Assembly: GCA_021788645.1 (NCBI GenBank)
Contig: JAJYKK010000006.1
Span: forward strand, 6,022 to 70,021
DNA: 64,000 nucleotides
Direction of reading: 5' to 3'
DNA from: Pseudomonadota bacterium
GTDB lineage: Bacteria; Pseudomonadota; Gammaproteobacteria; Burkholderiales; JAKAFK01
In this document: positions 17,879 to 27,986 of the stretch, one piece after another
Numbering within the stretch: the stretch's first letter is position 1
Layout of the letters: each line of letters begins with the position of its first letter
The notes under the pieces: generated by a model
Told to the model about the DNA's origin: nothing
Database searches by the model: none
Seen by the model: only the letters and a program-made list of their open reading frames with translations
Position numbers and translations under genes: made by a program

Positions 17879-19024
17879 TCATAGGGTGTGCGGGACCTCG
17901 CGGGCCACGCGGGACAGGAAGGAAAAGGTCTCGTGGGCGCATCGCCTCCACGAATAATCCTTCGCATACTCGCTCCCACAGCGGGCCAGCCGCTCCCGTC
18001 GCGTGCGATTGCGGACCAGTTCGCGCAAGGCGGCGGTCATGCTCCCCTGATCCTCAGGATTGAAATAAACGCCCGCATCGCGCAACACCTCGGGCATCGG
18101 ACCCGAATCGGAACAGGCAATCGGGGCGCCGCAGGCCATCGCCTCCAGCAAGATGATCGGCAGATTCTCGCAGGTCGAGGCGAAGATGACGCAGTCTGCC
18201 TGGGCCGCATAAGCCGGAAGCCCGTCGTAGGTCACCGCGCCGTGGTAACGCACGAAACGGCGCCCGGGATCGAAACGCCTCATCGATTTCATGAGCTTGC
18301 GCAATGCCGGGGGATAGGAAGGACCGACCAGATCCAGGTGCACCGGCAGACCTTCGCCGCGCAGACGCGCGACCGCCTCCACGACGCGCCATTGATGCTT
18401 GTACATGTCGACGATCGAGACGTACAGGAATCTCAGCGGGCGATCGAACGAATAGGCCTCTAGGTCCCACTGCGGCCTGGGAGGAGAAAAGAACTTCGCG
18501 CCGATGCCATGGGGTATCACCGCAGTCCGCGCGATGGCCCCTACCGCGTGCTCGACCCTGGCTTGCGCGTAGCGTGTCAGGAAGATCACGCCATCCGCAC
18601 GCCTGAAGGTCCGTGCCTGCGTCAAGCGCAGGGCCATGAGGCGCACCGCCACCGGCGACAGACCGAAGCGCAGGAGTTCCCGGGCCTCGAACGGCAGCAG
18701 GTTCTGGGACATGGTCACCACCGGCACGCGGCTCTTGGCGCAGGCGCCGCCCGGTACGAACAGGATATCGCAGCGCCGCGCCGCGAGTGTCGGAAGCACG
18801 CGCCGCTGCCAATAAATGCGCCGAATGAGAGGCCCTTCCAGGTCACCCACTGGGGCATGCTCGATCCAGTCCCTGGAAGGCAGGCGGCTCAAGGTCGCCC
18901 GCGCGCCCCAGACCACGACCTTCTCGAACCCGGCTTCCCCTGGATCGGCGGCATGCAGGAGTTCCGCGAGGTGCGTGAGGCCGCCACCTGCCCGGATGTT
19001 CGACGCATCGATCCCCAGCCTCAT
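17879..19024 (-). CDS. Glycosyltransferase family 4 (GT1-fold)
   Basis: The ORF is trimmed to the ATG at 19024 (MRLGIDASNIRAGGGLTHL...), a typical start of WbdA-like GT4 proteins. The C-terminal half contains FASTCENLPIILLEAMACGAPI (E-x7-E). Confidence 0.85.
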   Translation of the reverse strand: MRLGIDASNIRAGGGLTHLAELLHAADPGEAGFEKVVVWGARATLSRLPSRDWIEHAPVGDLEGPLIRRIYWQRRVLPTLAARRCDILFVPGGACAKSRVPVVTMSQNLLPFEARELLRFGLSPVAVRLMALRLTQARTFRRADGVIFLTRYAQARVEHAVGAIARTAVIPHGIGAKFFSPPRPQWDLEAYSFDRPLRFLYVSIVDMYKHQWRVVEAVARLRGEGLPVHLDLVGPSYPPALRKLMKSMRRFDPGRRFVRYHGAVTYDGLPAYAAQADCVIFASTCENLPIILLEAMACGAPIACSDSGPMPEVLRDAGVYFNPEDQGSMTAALRELVRNRTRRERLARCGSEYAKDYSWRRCAHETFSFLSRVAREVPHTL

Positions 19025-19040
19025 GGTGTGGCCCGACCCG

Positions 19041-19835
19041 CTAGGCACAGACCCATGACCCGTCCGGCTCATAGCCCAGTCTGATCAGGTTGTGGCCGGC
19101 GTACTGGTGAAACAGCTCGCGCGCCTCCTTCGAAAATTTGTTCTTCCAGTCCCCGGCCGTGCCCTTTCTCAGGAAGCTGCCTTTGACTTCCGTGCCGGCG
19201 CGTCTGCCGGCCACTGCCTGAAAGCAAAACCGCGCCTTCGCGCCTTCGAGCCGCGCGAGGTCGGCCGCACGCCCCGTCACCCGCTCGATCGGCTCCTTGA
19301 GCGCCGCCGCCGCGTCTTCCAGGAGATGTTCGTACTTGACCATCACGGCGCGGGGCCGGTCCGCCCAGGAGTCAATGAACTCATTCCAATTGAAATGAAA
19401 CAGCCGCCTGTTTTCGACGGTGAACAGATACTCGATCACGCGCGGCAGGTTGGCCTCCACATCCTCGTAGTCCCGGAATCGATTCTGCTTGCGCGCGCGC
19501 TCGACCAGGAGGGGAGAATTCTTTTCGTTGTGAAAGAACATGTGGTAGTACGCCGACACCATCACGTCCCGCCCGTCGCGAACGACGCAGAAGACGTTCC
19601 TCATGAGGGGCGAATAGAGGCTGTGGCAATGCATGATGCAACTCTCTATCCTGGGTGCGCAATTGCGCGGAAACGGCACGTCGAAGTAATGGGCCAGCAT
19701 CTGTCCGACCCATGTCCCGCCGGACTTGGGATATTCGGTCACGATATAAAGCGGCAAGACGTGGGACAACGTATGCTTCATGACCATGCGCTGAAGCGCG
19801 TCCATCTTGATGGCGAAACGAGGCCGATGATCCAC
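19041..19835 (-). CDS. PAPS-dependent sulfotransferase-domain protein
   Basis: It contains the 5'-PSB loop YPKSGGTW, the 3'-PB region VVRDGRDVMVSAYY, and the C-terminal FLRKGTAGDWKNKF characteristic of sulfotransferase domains. The start is uncertain, with in-frame ATGs at 19835, 19805, 19784 and 19778. Confidence 0.8.
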   Translation of the reverse strand: MDHRPRFAIKMDALQRMVMKHTLSHVLPLYIVTEYPKSGGTWVGQMLAHYFDVPFPRNCAPRIESCIMHCHSLYSPLMRNVFCVVRDGRDVMVSAYYHMFFHNEKNSPLLVERARKQNRFRDYEDVEANLPRVIEYLFTVENRRLFHFNWNEFIDSWADRPRAVMVKYEHLLEDAAAALKEPIERVTGRAADLARLEGAKARFCFQAVAGRRAGTEVKGSFLRKGTAGDWKNKFSKEARELFHQYAGHNLIRLGYEPDGSWVCA

Positions 19836-19927
19836 TGTTTTTCCCCTTCTGCAATGTCGCTTTGATCCTGCGGGAGGTTACGCCCCGCCCGCGCGTAAAA
19901 ACGCCCCCCTCGGCCGACGCGAACGCG

Positions 19928-21067
19928 TCAGCCGAGGGGGGCCGACAAGATGCTGTCGTACAGTTCGCCATAGCGACGCGCCACCGCCGCCACGCCGAAG
20001 CGCTCACGGACCGCGTTTGTCGCCGCTCCCGTGGGGTAACGCCGCTCCTCGGCAAAGCGCTTCAGGCGCCGGCCGAGGGCATCTGCGTCGTCGACGGGCG
20101 CCCAATAGGCGACCGGCGCCCCCAGTTCCTTGAGCGCCGGGATATCCGAGAAGATGCAGGGCAGGCCGGTTCCGACCGCTTCGATGCCCGCCAGAGGCAG
20201 GCCTTCCCAGCGGCTCGGCATGACGAAGCAGTCGGCGGCGACCAGCCAGTCGGGAACATCGGACCGAACGCCATGGAATAGGATGCTCGGGTCGCCCGCC
20301 GCCAACGATTCCAGCTCCCCGCGCAGATCGCCGTCGCCGACGAGGTGCAACATCGCTTGCGCTTCGCCCAGGCGCGAGCGCCGCCAAGCCCTGATCAGGA
20401 CGTCGTGCGCCTTCGGGGCACCGGCGGCGCGACCGCCCTGGTGCGCATCCATGCGTCCGACCGACAGGTAGTGCAGGCGCGCCACGTCCAGCCCCAACGC
20501 GCGCTTGCGGGCCTGCGATGCCTGCGCGTCCCGCACCGGCCACGCAAAACGAACGCCGTTGAGAATCGTCGCAATCTCACCGGTCACCAGCATGCGGCAT
20601 GCGTCCGCGGCTTCGTGCCCGCAACCGATCGTGATCCGCGCCCGATTGCTGCGCAAGGCCAGGCGCTTGTCCCAGCGCACCTTCAATGTCGTGCTGTGGA
20701 CCGTCCTAACGATAGGGGGCGCCGCGCCATAAATCATCCGCATCAGACCATGGGCGAGGTCCGTATTGGCCGTGTGCAAATGCACCAGAGCAGGCGCCAG
20801 GCGACGAATTTCTCTCCCGTACCAGAGGACGGTTCTCAGGCCGAGACGGGCTGTCGGCCCGGTGGCGAAGATGACGCCACCCGCCTCAAGCTGCCTTGCC
20901 ATGGCGCGCCCCACCGGATCGGTCCTGGAACTGAGCACCGCCAAGCTCACCGCCACGCCCTGCTGCTTGAGCTCGCACAGCAGATCCACGACGAAGCGCT
21001 CGGCGCCTCCTGTGCACAGCGCGCCGACGACATGCACGATGGCGTGCTCTTGCGCAGCACGCGTCAT
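19928..21067 (-). CDS. Glycosyltransferase family 4
   Basis: 379 aa. VHVVGALCTGGAERFVVDL... and the E-x7-E region PSRWEGLPLAGIEAVGTGLP are present. Confidence 0.85.
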   Translation of the reverse strand: MTRAAQEHAIVHVVGALCTGGAERFVVDLLCELKQQGVAVSLAVLSSRTDPVGRAMARQLEAGGVIFATGPTARLGLRTVLWYGREIRRLAPALVHLHTANTDLAHGLMRMIYGAAPPIVRTVHSTTLKVRWDKRLALRSNRARITIGCGHEAADACRMLVTGEIATILNGVRFAWPVRDAQASQARKRALGLDVARLHYLSVGRMDAHQGGRAAGAPKAHDVLIRAWRRSRLGEAQAMLHLVGDGDLRGELESLAAGDPSILFHGVRSDVPDWLVAADCFVMPSRWEGLPLAGIEAVGTGLPCIFSDIPALKELGAPVAYWAPVDDADALGRRLKRFAEERRYPTGAATNAVRERFGVAAVARRYGELYDSILSAPLG

Positions 21068-22383
21068 GGCGGTGGCGCCTCCGTGACATCCTCAGGCCAG
21101 TAAGCCGTCTGCGCGGCCGAACGCCCGCCACCCAGCAGCTTCCCGGACAACAGGAAGATGCCCCCCACGGCCAAGGCGACATAGGCGGAATACATGAAGG
21201 GCACGGCCGCAATCGCGGTCGCCCCCCGCACCAGCATGTAGCCGTGCCAGGTATAGAATGGCAGCAGCAGCCCAAGGAGCTCAGGTCGGCCCAGCATCAA
21301 GCGTTCCCACGCAGAGAGGACGGCACCCCAAAGGAGCCCTAAGACGACGCCCCATGCGCCAAACGAGACGTACGCGTCGGAATACCAGAGCGCGGGAAAA
21401 TGGAAATAGATGGGCCATCCAGCGGGGATCCCCTCCATCAGCCGCGCGATATAGACGGGCGTGTCCTCGATCTTGGGCGGTTTGTACTTGAATAGGCGCA
21501 GGAACGGGTTGACGAGGTTGTAGCCATATTTCGTCAGGCTGTTGTACCCCGTATGCACCCCGACCTCGTCGGTCATCTGGAACGCGATCCCCATGCCGTA
21601 AACCAGCCCGGCGTCCGGCAGGCCGCGCGCGCCTGGCGCCGACATGTCCTCCGCCTTCTTGTGCATGACCATGGCGCTCACGCCCACCAGCAGAAAGAAC
21701 ACCACGAGGCTGCGCGCCAGCAGCATCATGAGGTTTTTTCGATCGGCAAGGGTCTGGAAGTAGAAGACGACCGCCGCCGGGACAAGCGAAAGCAGCGCGA
21801 ACGACCGAACATCCAGATAAACCGCAAAAACCAGGAACGGGATCGTGGCCAAGGCCGCGCGCAGGTAGCGCCGCTGCAAGGCGCTCAGCGTAATGAAGGG
21901 GGAAGAGGCCCACAAAAACACCTGCGACCAACTGGAGTGGTCATATTGGACGTAATTGTGATAGCCCAGGCCCCGCATCTCCGTCCAGTACGATGCCGCA
22001 CCGGCAAGCATCATCCCCAGGAACACAAGCCCGGCGACCCCCAGCCCCGGCTTGTTCCGGGCAATCTGCCAGGCCACGCGCGAGGGCCTGATGCCCAAGA
22101 CCCACCCCAGGCCGCCTTCCGCAAGCGCGAACAATCCATTGAAGACGAGCGCATAGCCGCACATGTAGCGTATGGTACGGGCGTGGACGGTCACGACGTC
22201 GTGGTGCCACCCACGGACATGGTCAAACGGCCCGGCGAACGCAAGCCCGAGCAGAAAGATCGAGAAATAGCTAATCAGGAGCCAGATGGCGGCGATCAGC
22301 CGACGGCTCTTGAGGGTACGCCAGAGCCTTGCCACGCTAAGCACGACATTGACGGATGCCAACGATATCGCAACGTAGTCCAT
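21064..22383 (-). CDS. Polytopic membrane protein, probable Wzy-type repeat-unit polymerase
   Basis: The ORF is trimmed to the ATG at 22383, preceded by GAGGA and 6 nt after the upstream stop. There are many hydrophobic segments and no soluble domain. Its position among GTs and a flippase suggests a polymerase. The assignment rests on context only. Confidence 0.55.
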   Translation of the reverse strand: MDYVAISLASVNVVLSVARLWRTLKSRRLIAAIWLLISYFSIFLLGLAFAGPFDHVRGWHHDVVTVHARTIRYMCGYALVFNGLFALAEGGLGWVLGIRPSRVAWQIARNKPGLGVAGLVFLGMMLAGAASYWTEMRGLGYHNYVQYDHSSWSQVFLWASSPFITLSALQRRYLRAALATIPFLVFAVYLDVRSFALLSLVPAAVVFYFQTLADRKNLMMLLARSLVVFFLLVGVSAMVMHKKAEDMSAPGARGLPDAGLVYGMGIAFQMTDEVGVHTGYNSLTKYGYNLVNPFLRLFKYKPPKIEDTPVYIARLMEGIPAGWPIYFHFPALWYSDAYVSFGAWGVVLGLLWGAVLSAWERLMLGRPELLGLLLPFYTWHGYMLVRGATAIAAVPFMYSAYVALAVGGIFLLSGKLLGGGRSAAQTAYWPEDVTEAPPP

Positions 22384-22388
22384 AGTCC

Positions 22389-23594
22389 TCACCTGCTCAT
22401 CAACACTGCATGCCGACGCTCGGGGGGCGCCTTGCACACCGCCTGGTAGACCGCCAAGTGGTCGTGCGCAAGCCCCTCCCAGGCGAAGTGTTCGGCCACG
22501 TACAGGCGGGCGGCCTCGCCCATCCGCTTCAGGCGATCAGCATCGCGAAGCAGACGTTCCAGCGTTCCGGCCAAGGCCTCGGGATCGTTTGGCCTCACCA
22601 GGGCGCCTGTCGTCCCCTCGACGACCATCTCCGGCAGCGCCCCCACGCGCGTGGCCACGACGGGCTTGCCGAACGCATAGGCCATGGGAATGACCCCGCT
22701 CTGGGTGGCGGAGCGGTAGGGCAGGACCACGAGGTCTGATGCCTCGAAGATGCCGCGTATTTCCGTATCGTCGATGAAGCGGTTGATCACCGTGACGCGG
22801 CCGCTCGCCGGCTTGAGGGCCGATGCGGCGATCGACCCGGCGCCCGCGATGATCAGCCGGCAGCGGATGCCCCTGTGCTGGAGGTCCACCATGCACGCCA
22901 GCAAATCGTCGAGCCCCTTGTAGGGCTCGATCCTTCCGAAAAACAGCATCGTCGGCTCTGCGCTGCGTGCCGGGAGTTCCGGCGCACGGGTGCCGCCCCC
23001 CGCCACCCGGCGGGTGAGCCCGCCGCCATGCGGGACCACATAGGTCGCGGCCGCGAGCGAGGCGCCATAGCGCGCCGTGAGTGCCGCCACGTGGTCGTTC
23101 GAGTGCACATGCACCGCCGCGCAACGGGCGAGCGCATGGGGGATCTGCCAAGCCCGCTGGTACCAGCCGAAGACGCGCCCCCATAGGGTTAGCCGCTCTT
23201 CGTGCGGGCGCGGGTCATGGACCGTGTACACCACATGCACGCCCCGGGCGCGCAGCGCGTCGACCAGTGCCGCCAATCCCTGCACATACGCCGTGATATG
23301 CACGACATCCGGCCGGTACCGGCCGCAGATCGTGCGCGCAATGGCCCGATAGAACAATGGGTTATAGCGTTCGAGGAGCTTCCGGCAGACGGCATTGGCG
23401 GACCAAGCGATGGCCCGGAGGTTCTCCCCGTCCGGCAGACCGGCGAGCACCCCCCGCTCGCCCAACACGACCACCGTCGCCTGGGCACCCCGGGCGGCGC
23501 CGCCCGACAGGGACTGGGCATAGTGCAGCATGCCTCCTTGCGCGCAGGCGCACAGATAGACAATCCTAAGCGGCCTTGACACGACGTCCTCCAT
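22389..23594 (-). CDS. Glycosyltransferase family 4
   Basis: 401 aa. PLRIVYLCACAQGGMLHYA...GRIEPYKGLDDLL...LPYRSATQSGVIPMAYAFGKPVVATRVGALPE are present. Confidence 0.85.
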   Translation of the reverse strand: MEDVVSRPLRIVYLCACAQGGMLHYAQSLSGGAARGAQATVVVLGERGVLAGLPDGENLRAIAWSANAVCRKLLERYNPLFYRAIARTICGRYRPDVVHITAYVQGLAALVDALRARGVHVVYTVHDPRPHEERLTLWGRVFGWYQRAWQIPHALARCAAVHVHSNDHVAALTARYGASLAAATYVVPHGGGLTRRVAGGGTRAPELPARSAEPTMLFFGRIEPYKGLDDLLACMVDLQHRGIRCRLIIAGAGSIAASALKPASGRVTVINRFIDDTEIRGIFEASDLVVLPYRSATQSGVIPMAYAFGKPVVATRVGALPEMVVEGTTGALVRPNDPEALAGTLERLLRDADRLKRMGEAARLYVAEHFAWEGLAHDHLAVYQAVCKAPPERRHAVLMSR

Positions 23595-25032
23595 AGAGCC
23601 CTCTCACGCGGTAGTTGACCCCGTGCATGAGCGCGAGCAATGCCGCCGCGCAACCGACCAGCGGGGCGCCCCGGACATGCCCGCTCGCCCAGTGCAGGAC
23701 CAGAATCCCAGGCGCGGCGAACGCGGCCTCGAGAAGCCCGATGGCCAGGACGCGACGCAGGGAAACCCCGGCGAGGGAGAGCAGCCAGGCCGTCTTGAGC
23801 ACCAGGAATGCCCCGCAGGACACGCCCAAAAGCGCGATGGCCGCGCGGCTGCCCCAAAAAGCGCCCCCCAGCGGGGCGCCGACGATGAGGATCAGGTAAC
23901 CGATCTGCAGCGCGAGTTCCTGCCCCTGTTTCTGCAACACGCTCACCAGGCGCGACAAGGTTTCCGAGATCAGCGAAAACATGATCCAGGGCATGAGCCA
24001 CTGCGCGTAGACGCCGGATGTCATCCAGCGCGCGCCGAACGCCATCCGGGTCACCTCGGGCAGGACGCAGGCCGCGAGGCCGAAGGTGGGCAGCGCAAAC
24101 GCCAGCAGGCTGGCGAATACGCGCTGCGTGACGGGCGCCAGATTATCGGTCCGATGCGCCTGCGCGGCCATGGCGAAAAAGACCTGCGAGGTCGATTGCC
24201 CCACGAACCGGGCCGGCACCTGCAGGATCCGTCGGCTCAGGGCGAAGAAGCCGGCCGCGCCGGCGCCGAACAGCAGGGAAAGCAAGAGCACGGGCAAATT
24301 GGCGGACAGGGCGTTGATGAGACTGGACCAAGTCGTCAGCAGCGGGAATTTTCGGTACTTGTGTGCGCTCGCCCGCAGCCTCGCAAGCCCCCGCGCCTGT
24401 CCGAGGCGCAGTGCCCGCGCGGGGACCAGGCGTACGAGGGCCGCCGCCGCGGCGAACTGCCCTACCGCTTGCCCGATGAGCAGCGCGAAAAGCCCGCCGC
24501 CGAGCAGCCCGCCGGCCACCTGCGGCACGCATTGACCCACGCCCTGGCACGTCTTTGCGATCGCCGAAACGCCGAATGCCTCGCGACGGATCGCCCAGGT
24601 CGACAGGATTGTCGCAAACCCGGTGAGAAACAGGACGCAGGGCATGAGCCAGGCGAACGGGGCGAGCCCGGGGGCGTGGACCAGCGCAAACAGCCGGGCC
24701 TGGAACACCCATGCCAGCAGGCCGACCAGACCCGAGAATGCGGCGGTGCTCAACACGGCCAGCTGCAAGACGGGTAGCGCGTGCGCTTCACGGCGCGGCA
24801 GCGGAATGGCGAGCTCGAAATGAAGGGAGACGATGGTCGAAAAAAGGCCGACGAGCGCCACGAATACGGCATAGAGGCCGAACATTCCCGGGCTATACAG
24901 GCGGGTCAGGATCGGCATGCTGGCGATCACGGCCCCCTGCCCGGCGAGGGCGCCGCCGGTGACGAGCACGACGTGCCGAATCCGGCGGGAACGACCGGGC
25001 GCGAATGCTCGCAGGCTCGCCGGGCTGTTCAT
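23566..25032 (-). CDS. Oligosaccharide flippase (Wzx / MOP superfamily)
   Basis: The track ORF 23566..25914 is trimmed to the ATG at 25032, which overlaps the upstream stop (ATGA). MNSPASLRAF...VVLVTGGALAGQGAVIASMPILTRLYSPGMFG is followed by ~12 hydrophobic segments. The upstream 880 nt of the track ORF overlaps the next gene in another frame. Confidence 0.8.
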   Translation of the reverse strand: MNSPASLRAFAPGRSRRIRHVVLVTGGALAGQGAVIASMPILTRLYSPGMFGLYAVFVALVGLFSTIVSLHFELAIPLPRREAHALPVLQLAVLSTAAFSGLVGLLAWVFQARLFALVHAPGLAPFAWLMPCVLFLTGFATILSTWAIRREAFGVSAIAKTCQGVGQCVPQVAGGLLGGGLFALLIGQAVGQFAAAAALVRLVPARALRLGQARGLARLRASAHKYRKFPLLTTWSSLINALSANLPVLLLSLLFGAGAAGFFALSRRILQVPARFVGQSTSQVFFAMAAQAHRTDNLAPVTQRVFASLLAFALPTFGLAACVLPEVTRMAFGARWMTSGVYAQWLMPWIMFSLISETLSRLVSVLQKQGQELALQIGYLILIVGAPLGGAFWGSRAAIALLGVSCGAFLVLKTAWLLSLAGVSLRRVLAIGLLEAAFAAPGILVLHWASGHVRGAPLVGCAAALLALMHGVNYRVRGLYGGRRVKAA

Positions 25033-27986
25033 GGGCGGGGGGGGCCGAGCGGACGGCTGCCGGCCGTCGCCGGAATTTCGAAGAACCGGTAATCCAGGGC
25101 TCGCACGGAGGTGTCCGCGCAGTAGGCCGGGCCGCTCGCGACACCGGGCAATGGTCGCCGATGCGGCCAGGTCACGAGTCGGCCGACCGCGCCGACGACG
25201 CGCCCGTCGATGCACAACCGTCCGCGCCAGGGTTGGCGCGACAGGTTGCCCGCCACCAGCAGCCATGCGCCGTCCTTCCTCCTGTAGGCGCTGACATACA
25301 CGTCCCGAGCCCCGGTCGTCGCGGGCGGGGTTTGGGCAAAGTAGGGGTAGAAGCTCGCCCCGGCGTAGCCGAAGGCATCCAGATCCGCGAGGGCCCGGTT
25401 CACTTCGGCGACATTGCAATGCAGCGGCCAGGGCGCGACATCGTGCAGCATCAGGAGCGCCATAAGCGCGCGCGTCGGCTGGCGGCGCGCCGCCTCCCGG
25501 GCGTCGAATTCGGGCAGAAAGACGGGGATGAGGCCCCATTGCCGCCCCATGAATTCGGCCCGGAACGCCGCCAAGCTCATCACATCGAGATAGTCGTCCT
25601 TGACGATCCCCCGATACTGCTCGCCGTCCACATAGGCATCGACGAAAGCCAGCATCGGGATCGCCGGATTGCCCGACGCATGGGCAATGGAGACGCTTCC
25701 CGGGCCATTGGCCTGCAGGATCTCGTCGAGCGTGCGGTAGAGCCGGCGATAGGCGAACATAGGGTACTCGTCCTCTTCGCGTCCGTCTCTCAGGTAGCCC
25801 ACCCCGGCATGGGGCGCGAAGCCGCCCCACGGCATCGTGTTGTCGAAATAGAGGCCCCGCAGGCCGAACGTCTTCACGAACGCGGCGGTCTTCCATTCGA
25901 TGAACCGGCGCCATCCGGCCGCACGCGGCGACATCAAGGCGAAGCTGTCACCGTAGGCCCGCACGTCGGCCGGGGCCGACTGCACATTGTTCATGAACCA
26001 TGCGCGCTTGAAGAACGGCCATTGCGGGCTCCCCGTCGACAGGAAGGTCGGGCACACATAGGGCACGGGGTCGAGCCCCGCCGCCCGCAGCCGCGCCAGG
26101 CGCGCGCGGAAGCGGGCAGGATCGCTGGCCTCGGGATAGCCGTAATACTTCATCGAGTCGGGCGTCGGCGTCGGCCAGAGGATGGTGACATTCGCCCCGC
26201 GCGCCGGCGCAATGCGCAGCGTACGCCACCCGGAAGGCAACGGCTTGACCGGAGTCGCCTCGAGGCCGATCGTGAAATGCCAGGGGCTGGGCAGCGGCTG
26301 GGCCGGCGATTTGAGGTTGAGGCGCAAGGTCACCACGCCGGGCCTTCGCACGACCTGGAGGGCATTGGCGCGATCCGCGTTCGGCCACTGAGCGCCGGTT
26401 TCGGCGAACCAGAACAAGCCGACCTCGTTATCGCCGATCCAATAGAACGGGATGAACCGGCTTTGATCCACGACCCCGGCGCCAACAGGTATTCGCCCCG
26501 AGTCCGCATACCCGCGGGCATTCCATTTGGAGCGCAGGCTCGCGTGCGCGGCGGCAAGCGGGATATTGAGCACGAGTTGCCCGAGGCCCTTCTCCGCGCC
26601 CGCCGCGGAGAGCTCGATGCGTGCAAGGCCGTCGAATGCGATCGTCGTCGACACGTCGATCCGTACCGCCGATGGGCCACCGGAATATGACAGAGTCTGC
26701 GTCGCCCTGACCCGGTTTCCCTCACGGACGATACGGACGGCACCGGCCCTGGCCAGGGCCGGCCGGCCGTCCAGGGTCGCCTGCAGAGAGACGGGCGAAG
26801 CCAGCAGGGGACGCCCCAGAGAGACGATCTGCGTGGGCAGGGCACTCGGGCCGAAACGGTAGGTGCGTCCCCACACGCGAACCGCGCCTCGGACGACGCT
26901 CGGGGCTGTCCATGGCCGGGGAATCCGGCGATCCAACAAGGCCTCTTCGTCGGGCCAGCGCAGGGCAGGCACGGTCAGCGTGCGCCGCAAGGTCGCCACC
27001 AGGCGACCCCTGTCGTAGACCCACGCGACGATGTCGTAGGTTCCCGCGGCCGGCCACGGCACGCGTACCCTCATGAGGGACCCCGCAAACGGGCGCAGCG
27101 CCGCCCCCGCCGGCAGCGGGGCCCCGTGCCGCACCAGCGCGAGGCGCGCGGCGATTCCCCGACGTCGCCCGGTGGCCTCGTCCGCGATTTCGAGGTCGAG
27201 CGCCTGGTGCGCATCGTCGACATCATAGTGAAGCGCGAATGCCCGGGCGCCCGTCGCGGGAGGCTCGTAGACCCCCGCGAAATGGCGCGCGACTTGCGCA
27301 GGGGTCAGGGCAACGTCGTAGAGGCGCACCTCATCGAGAAGCGTCGTCGTGAACCTGGGCCGGTCCCAGGCCAGATCGCCCAGGCTGAAGGAAGATCCCA
27401 GGCTTTTTGGGAGCTGGCACGGCACGGGTCGGCGCGTCGTCGGCACCCCGTCCACATACAGCATCACCCCGCGGGAAGACCACGTTCCGGCGATGAAATG
27501 CCATTTCCCGGGCGCCCAGTCGACCGCCGCCGCACTCGAGAAATAGGGGCCATGCGCCTGATCGGCGGTGCTCAGCATCAGAAGTTCGGCGTTCTGGTAA
27601 TACTTGTAGAGATACAAAGCCCCCTGTCCCCGGGCATCGAAGAAGACATGGAACCACCCATCCGTACTCCGCCAGTCGACCGGCTTGACCCACATCTCGA
27701 TCGACCCTTCGCGGGCGTTCAGGATGCCGGCCGTGGGATAGTCGAGGTGCCCAGAGAGCGGCCCGATCTTGAGGGCCTGCCCCACCTTTCCCGCCGCCAG
27801 GGTGGGCGATAGCCCGACGACTGTCGCCTTCACCACGCCGCCTGGGCCTTGGCCGTCGAACCCACGGTCAAAGGACACATACAGGGTCGGGCGCGGGTCG
27901 GCGAGGGTCTCCCCGACTCGAAACCAGAGCATGACCAGCAGAACCACGGCGAACCCGCGCGCCCGCCTATCGCCGCCACGCCACAT
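25029..27986 (-). CDS. Large secreted protein with an N-terminal LamG/concanavalin-like domain and a putative glycoside-hydrolase-like domain
   Basis: 985 aa. A signal anchor (GFAVVLLVMLWF) is present. The LamG-like block runs GSIEMWVKPVDW...WHFIAGTWSSRGVMLYVDGV...LDEVRLYDVALTPAQV. The C-terminal ~600 aa (IPFYWIGDNEVGLFWFAE..., LRGLYFDNTMPWGGF...) resemble DUF4091/GH-like domains from memory. Confidence 0.6.
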   Translation of the reverse strand: MWRGGDRRARGFAVVLLVMLWFRVGETLADPRPTLYVSFDRGFDGQGPGGVVKATVVGLSPTLAAGKVGQALKIGPLSGHLDYPTAGILNAREGSIEMWVKPVDWRSTDGWFHVFFDARGQGALYLYKYYQNAELLMLSTADQAHGPYFSSAAAVDWAPGKWHFIAGTWSSRGVMLYVDGVPTTRRPVPCQLPKSLGSSFSLGDLAWDRPRFTTTLLDEVRLYDVALTPAQVARHFAGVYEPPATGARAFALHYDVDDAHQALDLEIADEATGRRRGIAARLALVRHGAPLPAGAALRPFAGSLMRVRVPWPAAGTYDIVAWVYDRGRLVATLRRTLTVPALRWPDEEALLDRRIPRPWTAPSVVRGAVRVWGRTYRFGPSALPTQIVSLGRPLLASPVSLQATLDGRPALARAGAVRIVREGNRVRATQTLSYSGGPSAVRIDVSTTIAFDGLARIELSAAGAEKGLGQLVLNIPLAAAHASLRSKWNARGYADSGRIPVGAGVVDQSRFIPFYWIGDNEVGLFWFAETGAQWPNADRANALQVVRRPGVVTLRLNLKSPAQPLPSPWHFTIGLEATPVKPLPSGWRTLRIAPARGANVTILWPTPTPDSMKYYGYPEASDPARFRARLARLRAAGLDPVPYVCPTFLSTGSPQWPFFKRAWFMNNVQSAPADVRAYGDSFALMSPRAAGWRRFIEWKTAAFVKTFGLRGLYFDNTMPWGGFAPHAGVGYLRDGREEDEYPMFAYRRLYRTLDEILQANGPGSVSIAHASGNPAIPMLAFVDAYVDGEQYRGIVKDDYLDVMSLAAFRAEFMGRQWGLIPVFLPEFDAREAARRQPTRALMALLMLHDVAPWPLHCNVAEVNRALADLDAFGYAGASFYPYFAQTPPATTGARDVYVSAYRRKDGAWLLVAGNLSRQPWRGRLCIDGRVVGAVGRLVTWPHRRPLPGVASGPAYCADTSVRALDYRFFEIPATAGSRPLGPPRP

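Noticed and set aside
25033-25914. N-terminal 294 codons of track ORF 23566-25914
   Set aside because: This part overlaps the 3' end of the 985-aa gene in another frame and is Arg/Pro/Gly-rich. The flippase sequence proper begins at the ATG at 25032, which overlaps the upstream stop. Similar over-extensions were trimmed for 1957-3360, 6024-8330, 36531-38558, 39366-40034, 39763-40554, 59612-60826, 10597-11529 and 11345-13792.
25005-26690. 561-aa plus-strand ORF. The same applies to 1951-3477, 6036-7460, 29232-30947, 31040-32413, 44824-46161, 53189-54514, 56408-57982(-) and 57979-58911(-).
   Set aside because: Each is antisense to a gene with strong family signatures (LamG protein, GT4, oxidoreductase, ATPase/kinase, chain-length protein, gspD, argH, permease, hemC). 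None shows recognisable motifs. They are GC-driven shadow ORFs.
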